Positions 51,314-62,401 are shown, numbered from the stretch's first letter. The stretch: 64,000 nt of DNA from Polyangiales bacterium (GCA_038231275.1 JBBRLQ010000007.1:224001-288000), one strand, 5' to 3'. Notes: a model not told the origin generated them from the sequence alone. Numbers and translations: made by a program.

Positions 51314-52110
51314 GAGGCGCGCTCGGTGACGCAGGAGGGGCAAAAATACGTAGAGCGGCGCGAGCCGAGCGGGCCTTGGTAGATGCGCGCGATGGGCGTT
51401 CGGCACACGAGGCACGGCTCGCCGGCGCGGCCGTATGCCCACGTCGGCGTCTTGCCGCCCCGCGAGCGACGCGGTCCACGCATCGTTGGAGAGACGTTGA
51501 TGCGCAAGATACGCTCGGCCTCCGTGAGCACGCGTAAGAGAGTCGCGTCGTCCAGATCTCGGACGCGCGCGCGCGGGTCGACGCGCGCCAGGAAGAGGGC
51601 CTCGCTCTTGATCTCGTTGCCGATGCCGGCGACGAGCCGTTGCGAAAGGATCGCCTCCGCGATCGTCATGCGCGGCGCCTCGCGAAGCTTGCGCGCGGCG
51701 GCTGCGAGATCGGGCGACGGCGCGAGGAGATCGGGGCCGAGCGACGCGAGCACACGCGCCGCGCGCGCTTCGGAGACGAGGCGCACGACCGGCGCGTCGA
51801 AGCAGATCGCGACGTGGCGCGGTGTCTCGAGCACGGCGCGGGCGCGGCTGGGGCTGCGGCGCCACTTCTCGCCGCGCGCGTAGACATGCCACGAGCCGGT
51901 CATCTTCATGTGGGTAATGAGGACGCGATCGCCGTCGAAGCGCACGACGAGGTATTTGCCGGCGGCTTCGACGGAGACGACGCGGGTGGCGCCCGAGGCG
52001 TGGTGCGCGTCGCCGACCTGCATCGGGAGCTCGAAACGAACGAGCGGCTGGCCGGCGAGGACCTGCGAGAGGCGTCGCGCGGCGCGGAAGATCGTGTCGC
52101 CTTCCGGCAT
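51310..52110 (-). CDS. nei: Fpg/Nei-family DNA glycosylase (endonuclease VIII-like)
   Basis: N-terminal MPEGD, HMKMTGSW, H2TH (AGIGN), C4 zinc finger CLVC...CPSC. Confidence 0.9.
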   Translation of the reverse strand: MPEGDTIFRAARRLSQVLAGQPLVRFELPMQVGDAHHASGATRVVSVEAAGKYLVVRFDGDRVLITHMKMTGSWHVYARGEKWRRSPSRARAVLETPRHVAICFDAPVVRLVSEARAARVLASLGPDLLAPSPDLAAAARKLREAPRMTIAEAILSQRLVAGIGNEIKSEALFLARVDPRARVRDLDDATLLRVLTEAERILRINVSPTMRGPRRSRGGKTPTWAYGRAGEPCLVCRTPIARIYQGPLGSRRSTYFCPSCVTERAS

Positions 52111-55100
52111 CAGCGCTCCTCGGCGCTGCGGCTGCGCGTACGCGGCTCGATGCTGGTGGATTTGGCGCGCTTGAAGAGGGCGGTCCCCTTCTTCGTGAAG
52201 CCCGCGCGGAGGAGCGCGCCTTCGAGCGGGTGGCTCGTGGCGGAACCGCCGTCGATGGTGGCGACGAGGAGCGCGCGCCGGCGTCCGCCATCGACCAGAT
52301 CGGCGAGCGCGGCGGCGAGATCGGCGGCAGCGATGCTCGCGAGTGGCTCGTCGGCGGGGAGGAAGGTGACGAGCTGCTCCTCGCGTTTTCCGAGGAACGC
52401 GAGGAGCGCGCCGTCGCGCAAGACGACTCGGCATCCGGCGGCGCGCTGCGGTCGACCCTTGCGATCGCCGTCGTCGTCGCCGTTTTTTTCGACGTCCTTG
52501 GTGGTGGCGCGCGAGGGCCAGCCGAGGACCGCGCCGTACGGATTCGCCGGATCGGTCGCGGCGAGGACGACGACGCGTGGCGACTCGCTCGGCTCACGCG
52601 CGGCGCGGAGGCGATCGTCGGCGCCGGGGAGCGCGAACTGTGTCGCGCCGCGCTCGGCGACGAAATACCCGCGTCGCACGCGGCCAGCGTCCTCCATCGC
52701 CTTCAAGACCTCGTAGACGGCGGAGAAGCCACCGGCGATCCCCTCGGCGTGCGTCGCCTCGCGCATGAGGACGCCGTAGCGCTCGAGGAGGACGCGTCCC
52801 AACGTCGCGCTTCGCTCGGTGTCGCTCGGCGGGTTGCCCCAGCGCGCGCGTCGCAGCGACCAACGCCCTTCGCTGCCCGGCGGGCCCCCGCGGAACGATC
52901 GCGTCGCGTGCGCGTCGGGCCTCGCGCGCGGCCTGTCGGGGGCGCGCGCGCGGAGCCAGCTGCGGAGCGGCTCCAGCGTGTCGTTGGTGAGCTCGCCGGC
53001 CCACACCATGTCCCAGAGCGCATCGAGCGTGGCGCCGGGGAAGCCGCCCGCCTCGCGCGCGATCTCGTCCCAGAACACCGCGCCGCGCCGCTCGAGGACG
53101 GCGCGGATCCGTGCGTGGACCTCGCCCTCCACCGCAACGGGCGGCGCGGCGAGGAGGGGCTCGTGCTCGGCGAGAAAGAGCGCGATGCGACCGTCGCTCG
53201 GACCGAGCGCTTCGACGCCTGCCCACACGACTTGGCCGCGCGCGCAGAGCAAATCGAGATCCCACGGACGGAAGCCGTCGACGCGCGCGGGGAGCACCTC
53301 GTCCTCGAGCACCGACGCCGGGACCGGGCACCCCTGTAGCTGCCCGACCGCGGAGGCGAGCGCGTCGTGACCCCTCAACCGTTGGGTGACGTGGCTCCAG
53401 TCGAGGAGGAATCGCGTGAACGCCGCGGCGTCGACCGGCTCGACCTCACGACGCAGGCGCGCGAGCGATTTGCGGCGGAGGACGCGCAGCACTTCGGCGT
53501 CGCAGTACTCCGTGCCGACGCCGCCCCGGAGGAACGCGCCGGTCACGATGCGCCCGGCCTTCGTCGCGCGGTCGAGCGCGCCCTGGACGACCGCGGGCGC
53601 GAGGCCAAGGCGGCGCGTGACATCCGCGGCCACGAATGGGCCGTGCGTGCGGGCGAATCGATGGACGAGGTCGCCGATCGGATCGGCAACCCGCGTGAGG
53701 TACGCGTCGGGCACGCCGCGCGGGGGCGCGATGCCGAGCGCGTCACGGAAGCGCCCGACGTCCTCGACGGCGATCACGCGCTTCTCCCCGGCGACGCGCA
53801 CCTCGACCACCCGGCGCGCCGTCGCCAGTGCCTCCAGCCAGTCCTTCGCGGCGGTCGGTGGATCGCAGCGCGCGCGGAGCTCCGCGGCCGAGAGATCGCC
53901 GACGAAGAGGAGCGTGTCGTGGAGCGCGTCGGCGTGCCGCGCGCGGTGGGTCAGGCGCTGGAGCATCTCCTCGTGCTCCGCCATCGCCGCGGGCTCGAGG
54001 AGCTGTCGGAGCTCGGACTCGCCGAGCAGCTCGCGCAGCTGCGCGTGATCGATGCTGAGCGCTTGCACGCGCCGTTCGGCCAGCGGCGCGTCGCCGTCGT
54101 AGATGAAGTTGCCGACGAACGCGAAGAGGAGCGACGCGGCGAACGGCGACGGCTTCTTGGCGTGCACCGTCGTGACGTGGATCTTTCGCGACTCGACGCC
54201 GCGCAGGATCTCGACGAGGCCCGACAGATCGAACACGTCGCGCAGGCACTCGCGGTACGTCTCGAGGAGGATCGGAAACTCCGGGTGCTGCGACGCGACG
54301 GCGAGGAGATCTTGGGCGCGCTTCCTCTGCGCCCACAGCGGGGTGCGCTTGTCAGGGGTGCGGCGCGGCAAGAGGAGCGCGCGGCCCGCGCACTCGCGGA
54401 ATCGTCCGGCGAAGAGAGACGTGCCCGACAGCTCCTCGGTGGCGATGCGCTCGACGTCGCTCGACGCGGGGAAAAAAGCGTCCCACGCGGGCGGCTCGTC
54501 GGCCTCGGGGACGCGGAAGACCATCCCGTCGTCCGACCACACCGTCTCGATCTCCCCAGGAAAGCGCACGCGCAGCGCGGCGGCGACGGCGGTGGCCCAC
54601 GGCGCGTGAACGCGCGCGCCGAACGGGGTCATGACGCACACCCGCCAGTCGCCGAGCTCGTCGGTGAAGCGCTCTACGACGATCGTTCGATCGGACGGCA
54701 CCTCGCCGTTCGCGGCCATCTCCTCGTGCACGTAGTCGACGAGGTTCTGCGCGGCGTTCTCGTCGAGCGCGTGACGCTCCATGAGGAGCGTGCGCGCCGC
54801 GGCCGGCTTCAGGTGCGCGACCTTGCGCGTGAGCTCGCCGATGCGGGCGCCGAACGCGCGTGGGCGGCCGGGGCGATCGCCGTGCCAGAAGGGCATTTTC
54901 CCCGGCACACCCGCGGCGGGCGTGACGATGACGCGATCGCGTGTGATCTCCTCCGCGCGCCACGACGACGCGCCGAGCAAAAATACGTCTCCCTCCCGCA
55001 TCTCGAAGACCATCTCTTCGTCGAGCTCGCCGACGCGACGGCTCGTCTTCCCGCGGGCGCCCGGCGCGTCGCCGCCCGGCAAGAAGACGCCGAAGAGCCC

Positions 55101-56693
55101 GCGATCGGGGATGGTGCCGGCGTTGAGGAGCGCGAGCTTCGACGCCCCCTGGCGCGCCGACACCACGCCGCGCACGCGGTCCCACGTGAGGCGCGGACGC
55201 AGCTCGGCGAACGCGTCGGACGGATAGCGGCCGCTCAGCATGTCGAGCACACCCTCGAACGCGCCGCGCGGCAACTCGGCGAACGGCGCCGCGCGGCGCA
55301 CCAGATCGTACAGAGCGTCGACGTCCATGCTCCCCACCACGCACGTCGCGACGAGCTGCTGCGCGAGGACGTCGAGCGGATTGCGCGGGTAATACGTCTC
55401 TTCCACGGCGCCTTCGGCCATCGCCCCCGACGCGGCCGCGCACGCGAGCAGATCGGCGCGGTGCTTCGGGAAGATGACGCCGCGCGAGGTCTCGCCGACG
55501 CCGTGCCCCGCGCGCCCGAGCCGCTGGAGCCCCGACGCGACGCTCGGCGGCGCCTCCACTTGGAGGACCAGATCGACCGCGCCCATGTCGATCCCGAGCT
55601 CGAGCGACGACGTGGCGACGATCGCCGGCAAGTCGCCGCGCTTCAGGCGATCTTCGATCGCCGCGCGCTTCTCTCGCGCGACCGAGCCATGGTGGGCGAG
55701 CGCGATCTCCTCGCCGGCGAGCTCGTTCAGCGCGCCGGCGAGGCGCTCGGCGAGGCGGCGGCTGTTGACGAAGATCATCGTCGACCGATGCTTGCGTACG
55801 AGCTCGACGACGCGCTCGTGCACGAAGGGCCAGACCGATCCGTGCCCCGTCCCGCCGCCGCCCGACGCGGCGCCGGACGGGACCTCGGCCTCGTCGAGGT
55901 GACCGAGGTCGACCTTCGGCACTTCGATCGTCAGCTCGAACTTCTTCTTCTCGCCGGCGTCGACGATCGTGACGGGACGCGGCGTGCCGTTCGAGAAGCC
56001 TCCGAGCAGGCGCGCGACCTCGTCGAGGGGGCGCTGCGTGGCCGACAGCCCGATCCGCTGGAGCGGCTTGGTTCCCGGCGTCGCTGCGCGCAACTCCTCG
56101 AGGCGCTCGAGGGACAAGAAGAGGTGTGCGCCGCGCTTGCTCGCCACCATCTGGTGGATCTCGTCGACGATGACCGTGTCGATCGACGCCAGGATCTCGC
56201 GCGCACCGCTCGTGAGGATCAAGTAGAGCGACTCCGGCGTCGTGATCAGGATGTCGGGCGGCGTACGCAGCATCCGCGCGCGCTCGACCTGCGGCGTGTC
56301 CCCGGTGCGGACGACCGCGGTCGGCACCCGCACCGCGGCGGCGCCCTTCGCCAGCTGCGCCTCCCGTACGACACCGGCGAGCGGCGCGCGCAGGTTCTTC
56401 TCGATGTCGACCGCGAGCGCCTTGAGCGGCGAGACGTAGAGGACCTTGCAGCGCGCCTTCTTCTCCGGCTCCGCCGACCACACCAGGCGATCGATCGCCG
56501 AGAGGAACGCCGCGAGCGTCTTGCCGGAGCCGGTCGGCGCGAGGATGAGCGCAGACTCTCCGCGCGAGATCGGCTCCCAGCCCAAGACCTGCGAGCGCGT
56601 CGGCTCACCCAGCGCCGAGCGGAACCAGGTCCGAACGGGCGCGTGAAAGCGCTCGAGCGCGCGTTGGGGGGCTTGCCGCATGAGGGCCATCAT
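52110..56693 (-). CDS. lhr: Long-form Lhr ATP-dependent SF2 helicase
   Basis: APTGSGKT, SPLKAL, TTPESL, DEIH, SAT, SSLELGID, QRLGRAGH; C-terminal ATDPANPYG domain; about 1520 aa; start uncertain by a few codons. Confidence 0.92.
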   Translation of the reverse strand: MMALMRQAPQRALERFHAPVRTWFRSALGEPTRSQVLGWEPISRGESALILAPTGSGKTLAAFLSAIDRLVWSAEPEKKARCKVLYVSPLKALAVDIEKNLRAPLAGVVREAQLAKGAAAVRVPTAVVRTGDTPQVERARMLRTPPDILITTPESLYLILTSGAREILASIDTVIVDEIHQMVASKRGAHLFLSLERLEELRAATPGTKPLQRIGLSATQRPLDEVARLLGGFSNGTPRPVTIVDAGEKKKFELTIEVPKVDLGHLDEAEVPSGAASGGGGTGHGSVWPFVHERVVELVRKHRSTMIFVNSRRLAERLAGALNELAGEEIALAHHGSVAREKRAAIEDRLKRGDLPAIVATSSLELGIDMGAVDLVLQVEAPPSVASGLQRLGRAGHGVGETSRGVIFPKHRADLLACAAASGAMAEGAVEETYYPRNPLDVLAQQLVATCVVGSMDVDALYDLVRRAAPFAELPRGAFEGVLDMLSGRYPSDAFAELRPRLTWDRVRGVVSARQGASKLALLNAGTIPDRGLFGVFLPGGDAPGARGKTSRRVGELDEEMVFEMREGDVFLLGASSWRAEEITRDRVIVTPAAGVPGKMPFWHGDRPGRPRAFGARIGELTRKVAHLKPAAARTLLMERHALDENAAQNLVDYVHEEMAANGEVPSDRTIVVERFTDELGDWRVCVMTPFGARVHAPWATAVAAALRVRFPGEIETVWSDDGMVFRVPEADEPPAWDAFFPASSDVERIATEELSGTSLFAGRFRECAGRALLLPRRTPDKRTPLWAQRKRAQDLLAVASQHPEFPILLETYRECLRDVFDLSGLVEILRGVESRKIHVTTVHAKKPSPFAASLLFAFVGNFIYDGDAPLAERRVQALSIDHAQLRELLGESELRQLLEPAAMAEHEEMLQRLTHRARHADALHDTLLFVGDLSAAELRARCDPPTAAKDWLEALATARRVVEVRVAGEKRVIAVEDVGRFRDALGIAPPRGVPDAYLTRVADPIGDLVHRFARTHGPFVAADVTRRLGLAPAVVQGALDRATKAGRIVTGAFLRGGVGTEYCDAEVLRVLRRKSLARLRREVEPVDAAAFTRFLLDWSHVTQRLRGHDALASAVGQLQGCPVPASVLEDEVLPARVDGFRPWDLDLLCARGQVVWAGVEALGPSDGRIALFLAEHEPLLAAPPVAVEGEVHARIRAVLERRGAVFWDEIAREAGGFPGATLDALWDMVWAGELTNDTLEPLRSWLRARAPDRPRARPDAHATRSFRGGPPGSEGRWSLRRARWGNPPSDTERSATLGRVLLERYGVLMREATHAEGIAGGFSAVYEVLKAMEDAGRVRRGYFVAERGATQFALPGADDRLRAAREPSESPRVVVLAATDPANPYGAVLGWPSRATTKDVEKNGDDDGDRKGRPQRAAGCRVVLRDGALLAFLGKREEQLVTFLPADEPLASIAAADLAAALADLVDGGRRRALLVATIDGGSATSHPLEGALLRAGFTKKGTALFKRAKSTSIEPRTRSRSAEER

Positions 56694-56763
56694 CTTTGCG
56701 CCGTTCGGGTCGCCGCGCCACAAGGACCCGCGCGCCGCGGCGGTGTGCTAACGCCAGAAGGAC

Positions 56764-57696
56764 ATGTTCCGCGCGCTCTTTTTCGGCACCCCAGCGTTCG
56801 CCGTTCCCTGCCTCGATGCCCTCACGCGCATCGCAGAGGTGCGCGGCGTCGTCTGCCAGCCCGATCGTCCGCAAGGTCGCGGCCTCACGCTCGCGGCGCC
56901 GCCGGTCAAGGCCCGCGCGCTCGAGCTCGGCCTCCCCGTGGTTCAGCCGACGAAGCTTCGCACGGGCGAGTTCGGGCAATGGGTGAAGGCCCAATCCGTC
57001 GACGTCGCGCTCGTGGTCGCGTACGGCCGAATCCTTCCCGCGGACGTCCTCGCTGCGCCGCGCCTGGGGTGCGTCAACGTCCATGCGTCGCTCTTGCCAA
57101 AATACCGCGGTGCCGCGCCGATCACATGGGCCATCGTCCGCGGCGAGACGGAGAGCGGCGTGACGTTGATGCAGATGGACGCCGGCATGGACACCGGCGA
57201 CATGCTCGAGCAGAGCAAGCTCGCGATCGGGACCGACGAGACCGCCGCCGAGCTCTCACTCCGCCTCGCGACCCTCGGCGCCGACCTCGTCACGCGCGGC
57301 CTGCCGAAGTTCGTCGCCGGCGGCTACGCGCCGGTGAAGCAAGAGGAGGCGCGCGCGACGATGGCCCCCATCCTCGACAAGCAAGACGGGCGCGTGCCGT
57401 TCGATTCGAAGGCGCAGGCCGTCCACGATCACGTGCGGGGAATGACGCCGTGGCCGGGCGCGTTCGTGCGGTTCCGCGGCAAAACCCTGAAGATCATCGC
57501 GACCAGGGTCGCTGGCTTCTCGCGCGCCGCCGCGCCGGGCACCGTCGTACTCGCGGACAAAACCGGCGTCTTCGTCGCGTGCGCCGGGGGTACCGTCGAG
57601 CTCGTGACCGTGCAGCCCGAGGGCAAGAAGCCCATCCGGGGCGCCGAGTGGGTGATGGGGCGCGGCGTCGCCGAGGGCGACGTCCTCAGCGAATGA
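56764..57696 (+). CDS. fmt: Methionyl-tRNA formyltransferase
   Basis: FFGTPAFA, QPDRPQGRG, NVHASLLPKYRGAAPI, MDAGMDTG, PWPGA. Confidence 0.95.
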   Translation: MFRALFFGTPAFAVPCLDALTRIAEVRGVVCQPDRPQGRGLTLAAPPVKARALELGLPVVQPTKLRTGEFGQWVKAQSVDVALVVAYGRILPADVLAAPRLGCVNVHASLLPKYRGAAPITWAIVRGETESGVTLMQMDAGMDTGDMLEQSKLAIGTDETAAELSLRLATLGADLVTRGLPKFVAGGYAPVKQEEARATMAPILDKQDGRVPFDSKAQAVHDHVRGMTPWPGAFVRFRGKTLKIIATRVAGFSRAAAPGTVVLADKTGVFVACAGGTVELVTVQPEGKKPIRGAEWVMGRGVAEGDVLSE

Positions 57697-57798
57697 GGGA
57701 GGCGAGCGCCGCAATCGCCGCGGCGATGCTGACGCAGATGGCGACCTGCGCGCGGGCATAGCGGGGGCCGTGCGGTCACGACGCGCCGTGAGTCCCGC

Positions 57799-58611
57799 TC
57801 AGTTACCGACCTCGATCGGGAGCTTCGGCGCCGAGATCTCGTGATCGACGCCTTCGAGCACCCCGACGAGCGGCATCACCACGCGAATCGTGTACTTGCC
57901 CTTGGGCAGCGGCCCGCCCGCGGTGCGCGGGTAGCCCTTCTCGGGCGGCGTCCCGCGCACCTTTTCGGGTGCCCACTTCATCTTCACCGCATCCCAGCCG
58001 AGGCGCAGGCGCGCGCTCCCGTTCGGCGCGATCGTGATGCGCGCACCCTTCGGCTCCCCGGCCGTCCGCGGCGCCGCGCCCTTCGGCAACGGCGGCGGGT
58101 TGCCGGCGGGCATGTCCACGCGCTTGTTCTTGGCGTCGTACGTCTCCACCTCGAAGCGCGGCGTCGGATCGATCATGAACGTGAGAGGCAGCGGCTCTTT
58201 GCCCTTGTTGGTGAGCGACAGAAAAAGATCGGCGTGCTGCCCCGGGGCGACCTTGGCCGCGCTCGCCGTGAGCTTCACCTCGAGGCGATCCTTGGGGTCG
58301 AGCGCCTTGTCGTCCAGCTTCGGAAGGACCGACTCGCAGCTGACCTTGTTCAGGGTCTCCTCGAGGTTCCCCATCTCGAAGCCGGTGCACTCGTCCTTCT
58401 TCGGCGCGTCCTTGGCCTCGGTGCCGTCGCCCGCCGGCTTGGCGTCGCCGGACGTCTTGTCCTTGTCCTTGTCCTTGTCCTTGTCTTCGTCTTTCTTCGG
58501 GCTCGCCTCCGTCGTGTCGATCGAATCGGCGGCCTGCGCGGGCTTCTTCGACCCGCACCCGGCGAACGCCAGAAGAGAGAAGCAGAGGATCGCGTGGGAA
58601 CGTGACGTCAT
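57799..58611 (-). CDS. Hypothetical lipoprotein (Ig-like C-terminus, (KD)n tract)
   Basis: Lipobox FAGC; DKDKDKDKDK. Confidence 0.75.
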   Translation of the reverse strand: MTSRSHAILCFSLLAFAGCGSKKPAQAADSIDTTEASPKKDEDKDKDKDKDKTSGDAKPAGDGTEAKDAPKKDECTGFEMGNLEETLNKVSCESVLPKLDDKALDPKDRLEVKLTASAAKVAPGQHADLFLSLTNKGKEPLPLTFMIDPTPRFEVETYDAKNKRVDMPAGNPPPLPKGAAPRTAGEPKGARITIAPNGSARLRLGWDAVKMKWAPEKVRGTPPEKGYPRTAGGPLPKGKYTIRVVMPLVGVLEGVDHEISAPKLPIEVGN

Positions 58612-58641
58612 GGCAAGGATCTCCTGGGCGTCAGTATCGCA

Positions 58642-58953
58642 TCATTCGATGCAGGCTTCCCAATCGTTGGGGGTGGGCGCCGCCATCGCGCAGTCGTACT
58701 CCGTGCGCGACACGTCGCTCTCGCACTGGACGAGGGCGCTCGTGTAGCTCGCCTCGAGGTGCTTCTGCACGCGTTTGGCGGCGTGGAGGTCGGCGGCGCG
58801 GTCTCCGTCGAGCCCGGCGAAGGCGGGGTCCTGGCCGGCGGTCATGTCGACGTACCGATCGAGCATGCGCCCGCACTCTTCTATGGATGGTCGCTTCTTG
58901 CACCCGGGCGCGACCATGAGGACCAGCGCGGCGAACGTGGCGAAGCGCCTCAT
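58642..58953 (-). CDS. Small Cys-containing lipoprotein
   Basis: Lipobox APGC; four further Cys; ATGA overlap with the upstream gene. Confidence 0.7.
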   Translation of the reverse strand: MRRFATFAALVLMVAPGCKKRPSIEECGRMLDRYVDMTAGQDPAFAGLDGDRAADLHAAKRVQKHLEASYTSALVQCESDVSRTEYDCAMAAPTPNDWEACIE

Positions 58954-59564
58954 CGCTTCGGCGTGAACGGCGCAAAGGCGAAGGCGTACTGCATCGCGAG
59001 CAGCCGCTTGCCGCGCACGGTGACCGCGCCGTCGACAATCGCGTCCTCGGGGGCCAGGCTCCCGTCGACGAGGCGGAGGAAGGTCTCCGCGGTGGCCTCG
59101 AGCACGACATCGGGATCCTCCGGATCGATCGGCTTCTTCGCCGCCGCACCCGACGCCGCGACGATCCGCACGCGCTCTCCGTCGAGATCGACGAGCGCGA
59201 GCTCCGCCTTCGCCGACACCATCGCGAGGCGCTTCAAGAGGCGAGGATCGGAGATCGCGACGACGTCCTTGGGCAGTGACCGCGGCGCGAGCTTCTTCGG
59301 GCCCATCCAGTCGTCGAGGAACAGCTGCGCGTGCGCCTCCGAGACGGAGACCCAGAAGTCCGGTTTGTCCGCCGCCCCCTCCGTCACGACGAGGACGTCC
59401 CCGCGGATGTCGAAGGTGTAGCTCCCGTGGCCGGTCACCTCCTGGACGGCGACGAAGCGCTCGTTGCCGGCGCTCTTCGGGACCATCTGCGCGTGCGCCT
59501 TCGGCAGGACCTCCATGAAGAGCGATTCGAGCGTGGTGCCGGGAGGGACCTCGAGCGGAAACAT
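58950..59564 (-). CDS. SCP2 sterol/lipid-binding domain protein (possibly two SCP2-like halves)
   Basis: PDFWVSVSE and [29 protein letters not shown] patterns. Confidence 0.7.
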   Translation of the reverse strand: MFPLEVPPGTTLESLFMEVLPKAHAQMVPKSAGNERFVAVQEVTGHGSYTFDIRGDVLVVTEGAADKPDFWVSVSEAHAQLFLDDWMGPKKLAPRSLPKDVVAISDPRLLKRLAMVSAKAELALVDLDGERVRIVAASGAAAKKPIDPEDPDVVLEATAETFLRLVDGSLAPEDAIVDGAVTVRGKRLLAMQYAFAFAPFTPKR

Positions 59565-59645
59565 GGGCGCCGAGAGGGTAGCACCAATACAGGCGCGCCT
59601 TCCTCGGTGTACATTCGACCCGTCCGCACCTCCCGAGGAGCCCCC

Positions 59646-60788
59646 ATGCGCGTGATGAACTTCAACGCCGGTCCCGCCACCCTCCCGCTGCCCGCCCTCG
59701 AGCGCGCGCGCGACGAGATGCTCGACTTCGCCGGCTCCGGGATGAGCGTCATGGAGCACAGCCACCGCGGCAAGGAGTACGAGGCCGTGCACCACGAAGC
59801 CGGCGCGCTCTTGCGAGAGCTCCTGGGCATCCCGGCGACCTTCGACGTCCTCTTCCTCCAGGGCGGCGCGTCGATGCAGTTCGCGCAGATCCCGATGAAC
59901 TTTCTCGGCAAGGGCCAGGTCGGCGAGTACGTCGTCAACGGCACGTGGGGCGAGAAGGCGGTCGGCGAGGGGAAGATCACCGCCGCGCTGCTGGGCGGCG
60001 AGGTGCATGTCGCGGCGACCACCGGCACCGGCGACGGCAAGGAGAAGAGCTACGCGCGGGCCAACAAGCAATCGGAGCTGTCCTTCGCGAAGCCCGACGC
60101 CGGCAAGACGGCATATTTGCACTATACAAGCAACGAGACGATCCACGGGATCGGCTACGGCACCCATGCCGACGTCCCGCTCCTCTCCGCGCCCGCCGGC
60201 GTCCCGCTCGTGTGCGACATGTCGAGCGACTTCTTGTGGAAGAAGGTCGACGTCTCTCCGTACGCCTTCATCTATGCCGGCGCGCAGAAGAACATCGGGC
60301 CGAGCGGCGTGATCGTCGTCCTCGCGCAGAAGGACTTCGTCGCGAGCGGGCGGAAGGACATCCCCAAGATCTTCCAGTACCGCACCGCCGCCGAGAACGA
60401 CTCGCTCTACAACACGCCGCCGACCTTCGGCATCTACCTGATGCGCAACGTGCTCGCGTGGGTGAAGGAGAAGGGGGGCCTCGCGGCGGTCGAGGCGACG
60501 AACCGCGCGAAGGCGAAGGCGCTCTACGGCGCGATCGACGAATCGGTCGGGTTTTACCGTGGGCCCGTCGAGGCGAGTAGCCGCTCGGTGATGAACGTCG
60601 TCTTCCGCTTGCCGTCCGAAGCTCTCGAGGAGAAGTTCGTCGCGGATGCCAAGAAGGCCAAGATGGTCGGCATCAAGGGGCACCGCTCGGTCGGCGGCAT
60701 CCGCGTCTCCACCTACAACGCCGTCCCGCTCGAGTGGGTGAACGCGCTCGCGGACTTCATGAAGCAGTTCGCGAAGGAGAACGGGTGA
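59646..60788 (+). CDS. serC: Phosphoserine aminotransferase
   Basis: [46 protein letters not shown]. Confidence 0.95.
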   Translation: MRVMNFNAGPATLPLPALERARDEMLDFAGSGMSVMEHSHRGKEYEAVHHEAGALLRELLGIPATFDVLFLQGGASMQFAQIPMNFLGKGQVGEYVVNGTWGEKAVGEGKITAALLGGEVHVAATTGTGDGKEKSYARANKQSELSFAKPDAGKTAYLHYTSNETIHGIGYGTHADVPLLSAPAGVPLVCDMSSDFLWKKVDVSPYAFIYAGAQKNIGPSGVIVVLAQKDFVASGRKDIPKIFQYRTAAENDSLYNTPPTFGIYLMRNVLAWVKEKGGLAAVEATNRAKAKALYGAIDESVGFYRGPVEASSRSVMNVVFRLPSEALEEKFVADAKKAKMVGIKGHRSVGGIRVSTYNAVPLEWVNALADFMKQFAKENG

Positions 60789-60793
60789 CGCCC

Positions 60794-62401
60794 GTGAGCC
60801 ACAAAGTCCTCGTGAGCGACGCGTTGAGCGAGGGCGGCCTCGCTGCGCTGCATGCCGCGCCGGGCCTCGACGTCGAGTACGCGCCGGGATTGAAGGAGGA
60901 CGAGCTCGCCGCCCGCATCGGCGCCTTCGATGCGCTCGTCATCCGAAGCGGGTCGAAGGTGACTGCCAAGGTGCTCGAGAAGGCCGACCGCCTCCGCGTC
61001 ATCGGTCGCGCGGGCATCGGCGTCGACAACGTGGACGTGAAGGCCGCCAGCAAGCGCGGCATCGTCGTCATGAACACGCCGACCGGCAACGCCATCACCA
61101 CCGCCGAGCACGCGCTGTCGCTCCTCTTCAGCCTCGCCCGCAAGGTCCCGCAGGCGACCGCGTCGATGAAGGCCGGAAAGTGGGAGAAGTCGAAGTTCTC
61201 CGGGCGCGAGCTCACCGGCAAGACGCTCGGCGTGCTCGGCCTCGGCACGATCGGCCGAATCGTCGCCGATCGCGCGAAGGGCTTGCGCATGAACGTGGTC
61301 GGCTACGATCCGGTCCTCTCGGCCGAGCGCGCGCAGAGCCTCGGCGTGGAGCTGGTCAGCAAAGACGAGCTCTTCACGCGCGCCGACGCGATCACCGCGC
61401 ACACGCCGCTGACCAAGGAGACGACCGGCCTCGTGGACGACGCGGCGATCGCGAAGATGAAGAAGGGCGTGCTCCTCGTGAACTGCGCGCGCGGCGGCGT
61501 GTACGACGAGGGGGCCCTCCAGCGCGGCCTAGAGAGCGGGAAGATCGGCGGCGTCGCGCTCGATGTCTTCGCGAAGGAGCCGATCGCTCCCGATCACCCG
61601 CTGCTCGGCCGCGACGACGTGATCGTGACGCCGCACCTCGGCGCGTCGACGGAAGAGGCGCAAGAGCGCGTCGTCCTCGAGATCATCGCGCAGGTCGCCG
61701 CGTACCTCGCCGATGGAACCATCACCAACGCGGTCAACGTGCCGAGCCTCTCGCGTGAGGCGGCGTCGCGCCTGGGCCCGTACCTCGTGCTCGCGCGCAA
61801 GCTCGGCGAGTTCATCGCGCAGGTCGAGGGCATTCACCCGGCGCAGATCGAACTCGAGTGCGTCGGCGAGCCCGCGCAGCTCGGCGCGCGCCCGATCCTC
61901 CACGCGGCGGTCGCCGGAATGCTCGCGCGGTTCCTCGATCACCCGGTGAACGACGTGAGCGCGCCGGCCGTCGCCGCCGATCGCGGCGTGTCTTTGCGCG
62001 AGGTGGTCGGCACGCGCAAGACCGACGCGAGCGTCCTCGTCGTTCGCGCGCGCAGCGAAGACGGCCGCGCGATGGCCGCCGAGGGTGCGCTCGATCCCGA
62101 CGGCGGACCGCGCCTCCACCGCTGGGGGGACTACGAGATCAACGCCGAGCTCGCCGGTCACGCGATCGTGCTCTTCAACGACGACAAGCCCGGCGTCATC
62201 GGTGCGGTGGGCACGCTGCTCGGGCAGCGCGGAATCAACGTCGTGCAGGTGCACATGGGCCACTCCCGCGTCACGAAGAACTCGGTCAGCGTATGGACGG
62301 TCGACGGACCTACATCGGACGAGGTCCTCGCCGAGATCGAGAAGGCGCCGAACGTCACCCGCGCCGTGCGCGTCGAGCTGTCGGTCGCCGCCGCGACCTG
62401 A
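60794..62401 (+). CDS. serA: D-3-phosphoglycerate dehydrogenase with ASB/ACT domains
   Basis: GRAGIGVDNVD, GLGTIG, NCARGG, TPHLGAST, DKPGVIG (ACT). Confidence 0.95.
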   Translation: MSHKVLVSDALSEGGLAALHAAPGLDVEYAPGLKEDELAARIGAFDALVIRSGSKVTAKVLEKADRLRVIGRAGIGVDNVDVKAASKRGIVVMNTPTGNAITTAEHALSLLFSLARKVPQATASMKAGKWEKSKFSGRELTGKTLGVLGLGTIGRIVADRAKGLRMNVVGYDPVLSAERAQSLGVELVSKDELFTRADAITAHTPLTKETTGLVDDAAIAKMKKGVLLVNCARGGVYDEGALQRGLESGKIGGVALDVFAKEPIAPDHPLLGRDDVIVTPHLGASTEEAQERVVLEIIAQVAAYLADGTITNAVNVPSLSREAASRLGPYLVLARKLGEFIAQVEGIHPAQIELECVGEPAQLGARPILHAAVAGMLARFLDHPVNDVSAPAVAADRGVSLREVVGTRKTDASVLVVRARSEDGRAMAAEGALDPDGGPRLHRWGDYEINAELAGHAIVLFNDDKPGVIGAVGTLLGQRGINVVQVHMGHSRVTKNSVSVWTVDGPTSDEVLAEIEKAPNVTRAVRVELSVAAAT

